From assembly GCA_951406725.2 (NCBI GenBank), contig OX597817.1, positions 129,766,001-129,830,000 of the forward strand: DNA of 64,000 nucleotides. Direction: 5' to 3'. Positions within the stretch are counted from its first letter, which is position 1. Each line of letters opens with the position of its first letter. This document shows positions 36,229 to 50,704 of the stretch, in pieces. A model generated the notes under the pieces. The model searched no databases. It worked only from the letters and a program-made list of their open reading frames with translations, and was not told the DNA's origin. The translations under genes and the position numbers were made by a program. This DNA comes from Octopus vulgaris (lineage: Eukaryota).

Positions 36229-36431
36229 AAGGCGGTGAGCTGGCAGAAACGTTAGCACAACGGGCGAAATGCTCAGCGGTATTTCGTCTGTCTTTACGTT
36301 CTGAGTTCAAATTACGCCGAGGTCGATTTTGCCTTTCATCCTTTCGGGGTCGATAAATTAAGTACCAGTTGCATACTACTCGACCGGCACCCTCCCCCAA
36401 AATTTCAGGCCCTGTGTCTAGAGTAGAAAAG
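36229..36431 (+). mobile_element. SINE family A2 with 19-bp TSD, directly followed by an older family A copy (about 36447-36635)
   Basis: TSD AATATTATTTAGAAGGGTG at 36210-36228 and 36432-36450. Confidence 0.9.
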
Positions 36432-36869
36432 AATATTATTTAGAAGGGTGGTGATCTGGTAGAATCGTTAGCACGCCGGTCAAAATGCTTAGCGGCATTT
36501 TGTCTGTCTTTACTTTCTAGGTTCGGATCCCGCCGAGGGTGACTTCGCCTTTCATCCTCCCGAATCGATAAAATAAGTGAATACTGGATTTGATCTATCG
36601 GCTTACTCCATACTCCGAAATTGCTGGCCTTGTGTCGAGCGAGTGCACATGCGCCATACAACCTATGCAAGGACGTTTATACATCCATGTCCGTTAACGG
36701 TTGTACGTAATAATTTTTTCGCTGTATTGTGTGTTCTTTTTTTTACAGTTGTTATTTTATTATTGATCTTCCAAATAAATGAAGCTATATCCTTTACTTT
36801 ACTGCTTTTCTTTGCACGAATTGAGAAGATTTATTGAGGAACTGTTATTTTAACGAGTTATATCTATTT

Positions 36870-36974
36870 ATCACCTGAAGAGACAATTCTGCACTGTTGG
36901 ATAGTCCTGAACCAGTTGTAAAGTATCCAACCGTGAGGGACCGATGTTAGATGGATCGACACAATTGTAATGAT
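36870..36974 (+). ncRNA. Degenerate hammerhead ribozyme with extended stem II (second copy of the 23014-23119 family)
   Basis: ATCAC-CTGAAGA-GACAATTCT[...]AGATGGATC-GACA-CAATTG-TA-ATGAT. GAAA is mutated to GACA. Confidence 0.55.
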
Positions 36975-37120
36975 TAATAAAATTTCTCGTATCTTCCATC
37001 TTCCGTCTCTCATTAACCAAATACATAACGAACGCTATGAAAGTTATCATGCTTTACCAGTAAGCTACTATGTATAAAGCATTCATTATATTATCTAATA
37101 CTAATAATTATTATTATCAT

Positions 37121-37152
<32 letters not shown>

Positions 37153-37197
37153 CATATATATATACATATATATACATACATATACATACATACATAT

Positions 37198-37249
<52 letters not shown>

Positions 37250-37483
37250 GTATGTACACACCAATGTTTATATGTGTATTTGTACATTTATAAGCAAATA
37301 TTATCTATGTAAGTATATATGTGTATACATACATATACATACATACATGCCTTCATACAAACACACACACACACACATATATATTTATATGTATGTACAC
37401 ACATGCCCCTCCGGTATATACTTGTATAGATATTCACGACGTACACATTCGCACAGTAAGTGTGTATATATGTGTGCATGTAT

Positions 37484-37526
<43 letters not shown>

Positions 37527-37620
37527 CACACATATAAATATATATGTAGGTGAGTTGGTAGCTATGTATGCATTGTGAGTCATGCACACATGTATATGTA
37601 TATATATATGCATATATGTG

Positions 37621-37652
<32 letters not shown>

Positions 37653-37657
37653 CATAC

Positions 37658-37691
<34 letters not shown>

Positions 37692-38649
37692 GTGTGTGTG
37701 TGTTTATGTCTTTGTGTTTGAGTGTGTTTCTGTGTTTCTCTATATATCACATGCACTTACACACATAGGCACGCGCGCACACACACACTGAAGCTCTCAG
37801 ACACACAAATACTAGACGTATATAAAACTGCCGACTAAAATATTACTATTGATCTCAAAGCGGATAAATGAATGGACGAATAAGAGTATGACTGAATGAC
37901 AGATGTGTAAACTGAACAGAACGTACAGGAATGTTCGTGAGAAGGGTAAGGAGGGACGGAAGGAGAGGTAGTAAGGAAATGGGGAACAGGAGAGTGGTTG
38001 GAGAATGGGATTTCTGTTTCTCAGACTTGTTAATGGATATTATAGTAAAAGAAATCATAGTAACTCACTTCATGAATGTATGTATGTATGTATGTATGTA
38101 TGTATGTATGTATGTATGTATGTATGTATGTATGTATGAATGTATGTATGTATGTATGTATGTATGTTGTATGCATCCATGCATGTATGTATGTACGTAA
38201 ATGTTATGTATGGTATTTCTTTGAAATTTATGAAAGTTGTTTTTGCAGAATTTCATCCGGTCATTGACAAAGTGACAAGGCTCTTTTGTTTAAGTCGAGA
38301 GAGCTCTTGGAGTTTGTAAGTGTTCGTGTGTGTGTGTGTGTGTGATTGTGTGTCTGTGTGTGTCTGTGTGTGTGTCTGTGTCTGTGCGTGTGCATATGTG
38401 CGTGGGCAAACTTGCACTCATTTAGTTGGTGCTCATGTCACTTTAGTACACAAGTGGGTGTGCTTCATTACCGTCTATGTTTGCATGTAAATGTGTCTGT
38501 GTGTATATTAGATGCACATATAATTCAATGCAGTTTCAATGCAGGAATATCAAATGAAACTCTGGAATATTTTGCTAATTTTCACAGTACCACTAATTAA
38601 TTCTATTTGGAGGGAGTGTTCAAATGTATTCCGTACGTATTCTCTAGAC

Positions 38650-39785
38650 ATGTTCACCTAAGGACCTCAAAGGGAGAATCCCCGAATTGTTTTACAAATT
38701 TTCAACATTCCTCTGATAGATTGTATATGGAAAATAAGAATCAGTCCGTTCTGTTCTTTTTTCAGGAAACCAAGCAGTTCTAGGTTTCAACACAGAATTG
38801 TTGCTATGTAACCCAGTGCATGCAACATTATGGGAACAAATAAAAACCTATAAAAGCTGTAGATATACCTTTAGTTCTCCATAGACAATTGGTCTCCACG
38901 AGAGTGCATAACTTTTACTTCCTGTCCCATACTACAATATCTGGTCTATTGTGCTTATACTGCGTTGCTGCTTTCATAGGAATGTTCTATCAATATTCTT
39001 CATTTCTAATAGTGCAGACACTTTCTGGTATGACAGTCCGGACAATATTTCCTGCATATGGCTTTGAAGATCGTCTTAGCAACAATTTCATGTCTCATGG
39101 AGAGGTAGTGTCTTGTGGAGATTTTTTGAGAGCTACTAATAATATGAGCGATATCTTCCACGCTTGTATCGTATTATCGAAACTTTTTATCACAGCGTGG
39201 ATATTTAGAGATATCCTTGTCTCTTTTGTTGATCAGTAATGGATAGTTACTTAGTAACTATCCATACATAACGCTCAGTTATGGTGAGTATTTCCCTTCC
39301 AAGTTTCTGCTTACGTAAGTTAGTCCAATCACCCTTAGTTCACATGGAACAGCTGTGCCTTGAGAATACTTGTTCAGAACTTATTTGCTTAATACCATGG
39401 TGTTATTACCTTCACTGTTGATTATACATATGATGAAATCATTTCTTTCTTTATTGTTTAGTCGATGTTGTCTGTCACGATGCAATACTCAAAAGCTGTT
39501 GGGACTGATCATATGCTTCTACCCCCAGCCCTCTGTATAACATAGGTCTTGTTAGGATCACTGTTCTAGTGCATACCAGTCATTGGTAGTATCCTGATGT
39601 CCAGGTTGTGGATTTCGTAAGGTGTCCTGTCTAATATCCCAAATGTCTCATCAGTCTGGGTCTCATCAGGTACATCCATGCATAGATGTACCTGATGAGA
39701 CCTAGACTGCAAACATGTTGAGTCCCACCCATAAAGGACAGTAGCAGGATGGGTTGAAATTAATACCAAATACATCTTCTAGTTA
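38650..39785 (-). mobile_element. Old RLE-type (R4-like) LINE 3' portion
   Basis: Minus translation TFGILDRT..EI.NLDI, VEDIAHIISS...HYL.MRHEIVAK, NIPMK....KHNRPDIVVWDR...CTLVE, LGYIAT...NLELLGF. Many stops. Confidence 0.8.
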
Positions 39786-39810
39786 CTTAAGAAATTATTA
39801 TTATTATTAT

Positions 39811-41928
39811 TTTTTTTTTCTTCTTTCAAATTTTCTTCCATTTCTTGCCGAGTGTCTTCCCGACTCCTAGGGCAAAGAAACTCATAGTGTATATTGGTAG
39901 GCCATTAAACCAAACTCAGTAGTTCGTTCATTTTTTTTTTTTTTTTTTTAAAGTTAAATTAAAATGCATGAGCAGCAACAGTTCTCACATCGACAATGCT
40001 CTTCTCAATACGTGTGATGTACCAGTTAAGACAATCTTTTGCACTTCTTGCAGGGATGGTAAGCCAGGGATCATTCTCATATAATTTTCGGTTCCCTTCT
40101 TGATCATTCCTAGTGCTCCTACGATCACTGGTATTGTAACCGCCTTGAGATGCCACATTTTCTCAATTTCAATGAGTAGGTCTTTATATTTTCTGAGCTT
40201 GTCAAACTCTTTCGCTGAGATATTATGATCACAGGGGATGCTCATGTCGATTAATAAGCAAACTTTATTGTTTTGGTCTTTCACAACAATATCTGGTTTA
40301 TTGGCCTTGATGGTTCGGTCTGTATGTACTGGAAAGTCCCACAGAATGGTTACATTTTCTCCTTCAGTTACAGCCTCAGGGTGGTGATTATACCACTTGT
40401 CGGCAGTTTTGATATTGTAATGCCGACTTATTAGCCAGTGGAGATATTGGCCAACTCTGTCATGTCTTAATTTATACTCCACTGGTGCTAAGACTTTACA
40501 TCCAGAGATTAGGTGGTCCACTGTTTCAATCATGTCGTTGCAGAATCGGCATTTTGGGTCTGCTCCATTTTTCATCACATTGGCCTGGTAGTTCCGGGTT
40601 GATAGGCTTTGGTCTTGAGCAGCCAGGATAAAACCTTCGCTCTCTGCTTTTAGCCCTGAGCTCCGCAGCCACTGATGGGTTTGCTTCTGGTCAACATCAG
40701 CTTGTTTGCTGCGGGTCACATATTTGCCGTGCAGAGGTTTCTCCTCCCACCTATCAGCCAATTGCTCGTGCGCTTTTTTCATTGCCATCATTTTCACCTT
40801 CTTTGCAGCAATAGTTGCCGTACTTCCCTCGGGTTGTTCAGTTTGGGTATCCTGCACGAGATCAATAGCAAATTTTTTGCTTTCCTTTATGATAGAATGA
40901 AGCTTCTTTCGTCTCTCGTGATTTTCCACGAGCTTTAGCATCCAGTCATTCGATATTTCGAGATATTTGGCCAGTCCAATTGTGGTTGTTTTGTAAGCTA
41001 GTTCAAATTGGATCAGGCCTCGACCTCCTTGGGCTCTGGGAAGGTAAAGGCGATCTACGTCTGCCTTTGGGTGGTGCATCCTATTACAACTCAGCAGCTT
41101 GCGTATTTTTCTATCTATATTCTTTACTTCACTCATATTCCAGTTCAACACATTGTAGCTATAAGTAACAACTGGAACTGCTAGGGAATTTATAGCTAAC
41201 ACCTTGTTACGTGCATTTAGTTCAGATTTCAGGACTGCACGAACTCTCCTATAACATTCCTTCCTGATTTTCTCTTTCATGCTTGCATGCTGAATACCAG
41301 AGCCTTCATTTATCCCTAAATATTTGTATGTTTGTTCTTGCTCAACTCTCTTATGACTGTGTCAACATCTAACACGACTGAATTTGTGGTCTTCACTTTC
41401 CCTTTCTGGAAAGTGGCCTTGGCACACTTCTCAAGTCCAAACTCCATCCCGATGTCATCGCTGAATGATTTCACGGTGCGCAATAGGCCTTCAAGTTCAT
41501 TATTGTCTTTACCATAAAGTTTTAAGTCATCCATATAAAATAGATGGCTTATTTTTTTATTGGCAATTTTATACCCATACCCTGTTCTGTTTAATTCACT
41601 TGTAAGGGGTATTAGGGCTATGCAGAATATTAAAGGTGAAAGTGAGTCACCTTGAAAAATTCCACAGTTGATGTTTATATTTTCTGAGGCAAGTACTCCA
41701 TTAGAGTGGTATAATTGGAGATTCGTATTCCACAACGACATATTGTGCTTCAGGAAGTTTGAAATCACAGGGGAAATTTTGAAGATGTCCAGCGATCTCA
41801 AGATCCATGGATGCGGTATACTGTCGAAGGCCTTTTTATAGTCAATCCATGCGGTGCTGAGATTTCTGCGCTTGTTGTGACAGTTCTCAAGGATCATACG
41901 ATTGATTAGCAGTTGATCTTTGCATCCG
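39811..41928 (-). mobile_element. Young 5'-truncated R4/Dong-like RLE non-LTR retrotransposon inserted in a (TAA)n microsatellite
   Basis: RT, CCHC and RLE domains. 3' UTR with CCCTAGG..GGGAAGAC..CTCGG motif and a poly(A) end at about 39811-39819. (TTA)n on both flanks (39796-39810; 41935-42005). Confidence 0.92.
39985..41928 (-). pseudogene. Reverse transcriptase / CCHC zinc knuckle / restriction-like endonuclease ORF (one frameshift)
   Basis: WIDYKKAFDS, GIFQGDSLSP, HLFYMDDLKLY (41316-41897). A frameshift near 41343 leads into YKYLG, then LYLPRAQGGRGL, CRFC..ETVDHLISGC, RHD and KPDIVV..LIDMSIP..K..KY (39985-41280). Confidence 0.93.
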
Positions 41929-41931
41929 TTG

Positions 41932-41990
<59 letters not shown>

Positions 41991-42012
41991 ATTATTATTA
42001 TTATTAAACTTA

Positions 42013-43365
42013 CTAGCAAACGCATCCGTCCTTCGGACGGTTTAAGTTGCTTTGGTGGTATTTTTTTCACCAAATAATTGAACTACCGAGAAGTTTTATG
42101 AGGAGCACTGCAATCTATGTTTCCAATTAACCCAGGCACGGAAAATGAAATTGAAGGCTGGCTATTGTGGAGGTCGTTACACTTTAATGATCATGGAACG
42201 TATAAGTTTGCAAGCGATGCAAAGTAGAGCTACTGAAGTGTTTTGGGAGTAGATTACAGATAATGACTACAAAATATAGTTGTTTTGCATGAAAGCGAAA
42301 TTTCTTGGCAGAAACACCCACATAAATGGTGTAAGAAAATTGAAGGAAGACGTTGAAACTTCCCCTCTGCGAGTTTAATTTATTCAACAGCAAAGGGAGC
42401 TATATTTTCGGAGAGATAAGCTAACAAAGCCCCTTTATTCTGACCTCCCACATAGCTTGCGCATAAACTAACAGCGAATGCCGCATAAAGTTAAATGGGT
42501 ATGGAGCTTTCTGAAACATACGTATAGCTTTCGCTAGTGGAAGCAAAAGTCGGATTTAAAGGTTGATTCTTTGGGACGAATCATATGTGAGTGTTTAAAA
42601 AAGGCTAGAACGACAATACTAAAACGTATTTGAAACAATGGACAACAGTGGAAATATCATTATCGATGGGTAAATAAGCATCCTTAAAGTGAAACAACGG
42701 CATCAAAGGTAATCAAAGGTATCAAAAAATAGTATATACACTAGACAAATACGAGAGATGGAAGGGAACACCATCTTTCAAGTAGCTCAGAATAGGTAAA
42801 GGTAAGCTTGACAAAGTTTAATGCAGATTGAATATGTAGATTAAGATAGTTTGGGATTGGATATTCATCGCGAAGAGTGTTCCTAGTCATTTGAATCCCC
42901 GTCGTAGGTGGACGGCGGAAATAAATAGACAAAACCTTTCACTGTTATAATAAGATTAAAAAAGTATGAAACACCCTACATACAAAAAACTATGTCCATT
43001 TACGTCCAATTACGCGGAAGCTCTGGGCAAAATGTCATAGTGCATGACCATCGTTAGGACATAAGTGATGTGTGTGTATGGTTTGGTGAAAATCGGTTGA
43101 GAATTGTGGAAATGCATGCGTTAGTAATTATACACATACATACAGTAATTTATATAGGTAGACAGTGGAAATGAATAAATAGACAAAATCCTTTCACTTT
43201 TATAAAATGATGTAAACATTTTTTAGAAAACCCTACATACGAAAAAAACTATGACAATTTACGTCCATTTACGCTGGACATAAGTGATGTGTGTATAAGT
43301 TCAGAGAAAATCGGTTGAGAATTGTGGAAATGTATGAGTTAGTCATTATATATAAACATACTACG

Positions 43366-43372
<7 letters not shown>
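42013..43372 (-). mobile_element. Non-autonomous Helitron with tandemly duplicated 5' segment
   Basis: Minus 3' end has hairpin CCGTCCGAAGGACGG then ...TGCTAG|T. The 5' region has two diverged copies (about 42908-43157 and 43158-43372) ending in (TA)n. Alternative TC start at 42955. Confidence 0.7.
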
Positions 43373-43413
<41 letters not shown>

Positions 43414-44674
43414 TAAAGCATACCTATTTGAGCACTTAGAGAGCATACCTATTGGTTTGAGTCACCTTGACGAAAACTCCTCGTATCGTATATGTGTGTG
43501 TTTACGCATGTGTATGTATGTATGTATGTATGTATGTATGTATGTACAAATGTATAAATCTGTATGTATGTGATAATATATGTGTATAAGTGTGTCTCTG
43601 TATGAGCGGTAGATGCTATGATGCAACTTATAAGAACTGTTAGATAGGATCCTTGTATATAGTAACCAGACAGAGATATGTTTTTACTGGATAATCTTGA
43701 AAACTACATCAGACTGTATGGATAAAATCTTTTCGGTGACTTTTTGCCATTTCATCTCATCTCTTCCTGATGTCCATCATACCACCACCATAATCACGAC
43801 ACCATCACCACCATCACCAAACCACCACCACCACCATCAACAACAACAACAACAAGACTATTATTAACAACATTATCAAAGCCATCATCGCTATCACTAC
43901 CACCGTTCATACCATTATCATCTTTAATATTGCCACTAACACCATTACCACCACCACCACCACCACCACCGTCGCCACTACTACCATCGCCACCACCATC
44001 ACCACCTTCAACAAAAGCGCTATCAAGACCATCATTACCAAAAGTGCCACCGCCGCCGATATCAGCGCCGCTACCATTGCCATCACCACTACCACTTCCA
44101 CGAAGACCGATACAGCACCATTGACCTCACCATCATCACTTTTACCTTCACAGCTACTGCCAATACCACCATCATCATTATCAGCACCACCGCCAGCGCC
44201 ATCCCTCACTCACATCGTCAGCATCATCGCCACCACTGCCGCCATCGCCCCCATTGCTGCCATCCCCGTCACCGTCGCCATCGCCACCATCTCCACCATT
44301 AGGGGTTATATGACCCTCACATTTATATATTTGACAGGTTTAATTGATTTGTATCATGGAGAATCTAGAAAGGGCGATGGGCGAAATGTGAAGACAGTGA
44401 GGCGGCGTGGGATGAGGGTAAAGTAGAACGGGGGAGGCTGAAAGAGTGAAGGTAGAACGGAGATGTGTGGGGAAGGTGGAAACGTAGGATGGTAAGGCAC
44501 AAGTTGGCTTTAGGAAAGTAGTGAAACGAAATGTCCGTTACGTTCTGAGTTCTAATACAAGCGAAGTTAGCAATTTTGGGGTAGATGAAGTGAAGTACTA
44601 ACCAATTACTGAAGTAGATACATTCGACACTAACCACTCTCAAATCTGGCCTTATACAAAAAAAAAAAAAAAAT

Positions 44675-44795
44675 GCATGGCCTAGTGGCTACGGTGCTCA
44701 TCTTACGATCATATAGACGCGGGTTCGATTCGACGAACATGTGGAGCAAATATGTTCTTGAAAAAGGCACTTCATTACATGTTACTCCAGTCAAT
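44675..44795 (+). mobile_element. Decayed tRNA-SINE head (family C-like)
   Basis: TGGCCTAGTGG A box, GGGTTCGATTC B box, CORE-like remnant. Confidence 0.55.
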
Positions 44796-45189
44796 TGAAT
44801 GCGAGTGCAGCTTTTTCTCCTTGCCCTCTCACCTATTCTCGGTGTTCCGCTGGATCTATGGGTATCTGTGTCTACTCGCGACTACATAGGTACCTAAAAC
44901 AATTTGTAAAAGTATGGGACTTCGATTAAAATACATTTATTTGTCTCGTAATCTTCGAAAATGATACCTAACCGATTTAATTTGATCTCCTCGTCCGTGT
45001 GCGCTGGCATGTCCGGAGTATTGTCAGTTTGTCATACTCAGACATCTTTATTGGTATATGATTATACCATATCGTTTCATCAGTAAATCATAATCTGGCA
45101 TTTAATTTCCTCTCTATGTGAGCTCCAACTCTTTCATGCCTGTGTATGCGTGCGTGTGTGTGTGTGTGTATGTCTGTGTGCGCTTGTGG

Positions 45190-45270
<81 letters not shown>

Positions 45271-45319
45271 TATATTGAGAGATGGGGAGATAGATAGATA
45301 GATAGTTTCTCAAAACTAC

Positions 45320-46160
45320 ATCTTTATGGTTAATGAACTGATTTAAGTAACTTTTAGAGTCTTTCAAAGAATTGCTATTCTTACCATTAAGAGAATGCTT
45401 TGGGTGTCGAAATAAATGGTAATTCGAAGGTCTAAAGCCAGGTGCGTAAGATGAGCATGGTAGGACACCCCAGTCAAGCTGTACCAATTTCTGTCGGATC
45501 TGCAAGGAACCATGGTCTAAGATTGTCCTGAAGGAAGACAATACCCTCCTGATTGGCCAAGGAAGACAATACCCTCCTGATTGGCCAGTTCTGGACGTTT
45601 TCCATCGATTACCCCCTTTAATCAGTCTAATTGGGAACAATAATTGTCTGAATTCCACGTTTGATTTTGTGGAAGGAGCTCGTAATACACACCGCCCTTC
45701 TAATTCCACCGGAGTCAGAGCATCACCTTCAGTTGCTGACGGGCGTTTGGAGTGATTAAAAGCGATTTTGTTGTAAAACCAATTTTCATCACCTGCAGTC
45801 AATTTTTTCAAAAAATAGGTCGTTTTTGTTGCGTTTGAGTAGAGAATTGCAGATGAAAATGCAGTTCAAAAATATTTTACTGTTAAATTATGAGGCATAC
45901 AGACATCATACTGATTCACGTCTCCAAGTGTTTTTAAATGTCTTATAACACTCATATGAGATATGTTGAGTATCTCTGCGACGTCTCCTGTCGTATGACT
46001 TGGATCACTTTTGATTAACGCTTCTATTTGGTCATCATCAACGACTGTAGGCCTGCTGGAATTTTCACGATCTTCCAGACCAAAATTTTCACTCCTAAAC
46101 CTAGGGAACCACTTACGAACAGTCCTCTCAACTGTGGAACGACCTTCATAAACTGCACTT
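45320..46160 (-). pseudogene. Decayed mariner transposase (different subfamily from 29085-30375)
   Basis: TVRKWFPRFRSENFGLEDRENSSRP; LTAGDENW; SYAPGFRPSNYHLFRH..HSLNGKN (PYSPDLAPSDYHLFRSL-like). Internal 29-bp tandem duplication at about 45531-45588. Confidence 0.85.
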
Positions 46161-46199
46161 TTTTTTTACTATGATGATATTTATTTTATCCATAAATGA

Positions 46200-46800
46200 T
46201 TTGGTCAATCTTAACAGAATTCAAGAAGCGGGAGGGTGGGGTACTTGCTAAGTCAGAAGGAAGGGATAATACTCATAGGTTTTGCAGACCGTCCTAGACC
46301 GGTGAGATTTGTGCCTTTCATGATCCGACGTTCAGAGAAGGAAGGCCTGGATATAGTGATTAGTGCCGGGCTTGTAGGTTTGAACTCAACGAGAATGATG
46401 AGGAGGAAAGATAGATGATTCGAGAATGTTTGTATGATGTGTGCATGAGCGAAGTCAACTCCGAAAAGCATATGAAATTTTCGTGGAAAAGGCTGTGGGA
46501 AAAAGCAGCGCATTTGTGGCCTAGAAATTGGAATGTGTCTGTATGTGACTTTGTGCCAATCACTTGAATGACCCTTTTCTGGATGCAGTATACAATATCT
46601 GGGTGTGGAATTGCCAGACCGTCTGAAAGGTGAGAGCAATCTTCAACTGTACTTCTTACCTGAGCTTTGCAGTGTTCCATTAATTTCTAGAGGATGAATG
46701 ATCTTCTGTTTCCGCAAAGAAGTGCCGGTCGTTTGGCAGTAGTTTAGCTATATTAACTTCGTCAGCAAAGATCTTCAGTGATAGTGAGACCCGATAATCT
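46200..46800 (-). mobile_element. CR1-group (L2/Crack/Daphne/Kiri-like) LINE 3' fragment
   Basis: Minus translation GLTITEDL.W...KAQVRSTVEDCSHLSDG......IVYCIQKRVIQVIG, matching the YKAQVR..EY.SH.W / D.IQ.RA motif C-terminal to RT. Confidence 0.65.
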
Positions 46801-46929
46801 TAGCTATTGTGGGGCCTGAAACAGAGTGCAAGGGTTGTGTGGTGCGATGTTGTTCTCTTTATATATGTAGCATTTGTGTTTTCTGGCTGTTGAAAGAGAA
46901 AAGCTTAGCATACCCTTTTGGGGAATGCT

Positions 46930-47050
46930 TACTTTGCCTTTGATCCTTTCTAGGCTGATTAAACAAAGTACCGATAAAGTACTGGGGTCCATGTAATCTA
47001 CCAACCTCTACCCACGAAAACTGCGGGTCTTGTGCCATAGTTTTAAACTA
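46930..47050 (+). mobile_element. SINE family A2 3' fragment
   Basis: ACTTTGCCTTTGATCCTTTC...GTACTGGGGTCCATGTAATC...CTTGTGCC. Confidence 0.65.
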
Positions 47051-48131
47051 TTAGTGTTGTTGTTATTGTTGTTGTTTATAGTCCCTTGTGGCCCAAAAAA
47101 GAAAGGAATATTATTATTGCTATTGTTTATATCACTACTGTTGCAGCTAGTTATGGTGATCAGGGGGAAGACATCGGCTAAGAAAGAAACAAAAAAGAAG
47201 GAATTAATGATAAAGTGAAAGTGAAAGTTAGAAAAAGTGAAAGGAAAAGATAAAGCTATTGAAGGTGAAGGGTTTGGGAATAGAACTAGAAAAGAAGGGT
47301 GGGGAGACGAATAAATACTAGGAGAACGAAAGTGGGAGGATGGGGCGAGAAGAAGAAGAAGACGAAGAAGAAGAAGAAGAAGAAGAAGAAGAAGAAGAAG
47401 AAGAAGAAGAAGAAGAAGAAGAAGAAGAAGAAGAAGAAATATAAGTTGAAGACAAGAAAAGGAAAACAGTAAGATTATAAGAAGATAAAGAAGATAAAAA
47501 AGAAAATTAAGAAATCTGTCGTTCGTAATCTATGGAAAAGCAGAGGTGAAAATACGGTCAGTAATCACGTGATTTTAGTGAGCCCTTACCCTACTTCTTA
47601 ATCGTGACTCACAGTGTGTGTATGTGTGAGTGTGTTTGTGTAGGTGTAGGTATGTGTGTGCATGTATTTGTGTAAGGAGGGGTTGTTTGTGTGTGCAGGT
47701 GTTTGTGTTGGGTGGGAGTTGAATGTCAGGAATAAGTGTGAAAGTGGTGGGTAGTGGATAGGAGTTCAATACCAAGTGAATAAAAAGTGTTGGAAGTTGT
47801 GACGGAAATGGAAACCTGTTTGTGTGGATAAATGAGAGTATCGGGGATGTGGGATCAACGTGTATGTGCCACACATACACACATGCATAGATACACATGC
47901 ACACACACACACACATGCACTCACACGAACTCACACACACTCACACACATACACATACATGCGCGCATATATAAACAGCCATATGGTTGAATACAAACAA
48001 GATGTGCGTAAGTGCAACGGATGTTGGTTGAGTGAGTTTATGTGAATTTGTGCATCTATGCATGTGCATTTATATCGATATGACACACAAACATAAGCAT
48101 ATATCTATCTATCTATTTATCTATATATATG

Positions 48132-48168
<37 letters not shown>

Positions 48169-48174
48169 GTATGC

Positions 48175-48218
<44 letters not shown>

Positions 48219-48871
48219 GTATTCATACATATATTCAGACATATATATATATATATATATATGTATGTCTACCCACATGTAAAGGATAATGTATAGCTGC
48301 ACACATAAATATATACATACATACATATATGTATATACACATACATACATATACATGCATACATACATGCATAATGCATATACACATACATACATATATG
48401 CGAGTGTGTGTGTATGTGTGTTTGTGTATGTGTGTATGTATGTGTATGTTAGTTAGCCAAGCAAACACTCATGCACACACACACACACACATACGCACAT
48501 ACACACACACACTAATATATATATAAATATATATATGCATAAATACATACTTGAATACACACATCTATAAGCAAAGCAAATGCATACATTTATAACGCGC
48601 ATGTGCTTCTGTGTGTATGTGCATCTATTCATGTGCATATATATATGTTTATGTTTTTACATTTGTCTCCTTTTTGTTGTATGCTGGTGTTATGTATTTT
48701 CACTTATCTGTGTAAATATCAAGAAGTATATAGAAATGATTGTTCAAATACAAACTTGCATATGTATGTGCATATCTGCATACCTTTGTCTGTATGGCTT
48801 TTTCTGTATGTGTGCGCACACTTGTGGATGTCTCTCTCTGTGAGTGTATACGATGTACTGTGAGTGTTTGT

Positions 48872-49510
<639 letters not shown>

Positions 49511-50002
49511 TATTTTCTGTCTGTGTATATGTGAACCAGTCCCTACGTGCTTTGTATTAGTATTTGTGTAAGTGTAACTGTTTTCTTGTATATGTTACCA
49601 CCTTTGTGTGTGTATGTTTTATAAAATATGAGTAACGCTTGTATACGTACGCGTGTACACATTTGCACCACTATCTTGCGAAAGTATGTTTTTATAAAGG
49701 AGTGTTTATACATGTGTGTGTATGTGTTTGAATATGTTTGCGAATGTGTTTATGTGTGCGAATGTGCGAATGTGTCTATGCGAGTTTTGTGAGTATGTTG
49801 TGAGAGTGGTAGTGTGTGTGTGTGTGTGTGTGTTGCATCAATTACACATTGAAGTCTGTACACCGTACAAATGTGCTGAGCGGACGAACGTCACATTGGA
49901 TTGATTGCACATCATTAATAATAGAATATATAGATATAGGTAGGGGCTGAAGGGAATGAAAAGAATGAGTGAGAGAAAGATACCTTGCAAATGTGTGTGC
50001 AT

Positions 50003-50036
<34 letters not shown>

Positions 50037-50704
50037 ATGTGCGCGCGCGCGTGTGTGGTGTGTATTTGTGTAAATTTTGTTTAAAATGTTGTTTAAAAGT
50101 TTGCTTCGCAGTTATGTGGACTTGAGTTCGAATTCATTCGCAACACATTGGACATGTGTTTTCTACTGTTTCTATCTTTCTTTCTGTGAAAAAAAAAATC
50201 TGATTCTGCCGTAATTAGAAACGCAAATCTTTACCCAGCAACAAACACATCAAACACATCAAAATAGCTTTTTCTACGCCATTTTGCATTTTCACAGCTG
50301 TTCAAAACACAAACATAAAATTGGTACGAACTGGTGAAAAGGGAAAGCATAAACATAAGCGCATTCAGTTGGTGGGGCCAGAAACCAAGGGGCGCTCCTA
50401 TATTGGGACAGATTACAGGGTGTACATCAATTAGCTTTACAACTTCCATAATTCATTGTATCTATGTGTTGCACATGCAGCCAGTGGAGCCCACTGGAAG
50501 TACACTAATGTTTCTGATAAAATTTTATTTGTTTGCCAATGTTTTACGATAAACTGCTGATTTATCCGTATATTCCAGCTTTTTTACTAAATTCTTCAAA
50601 TTGTAAAGGTATTGTATTAAATCTGTATTAAATCTTTTGTGCCTTACGACCTGCTATTTGTATGGTTGCTCTAAGCTTTGTTAAACAGCGACATTTTTTC
50701 CCTA

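Noticed and set aside
39640-39700. Multiple CTGATGA motifs on both strands
   Set aside because: No downstream stem II/GAAA/NUH arrangement. They lie inside a decayed LINE ORF.
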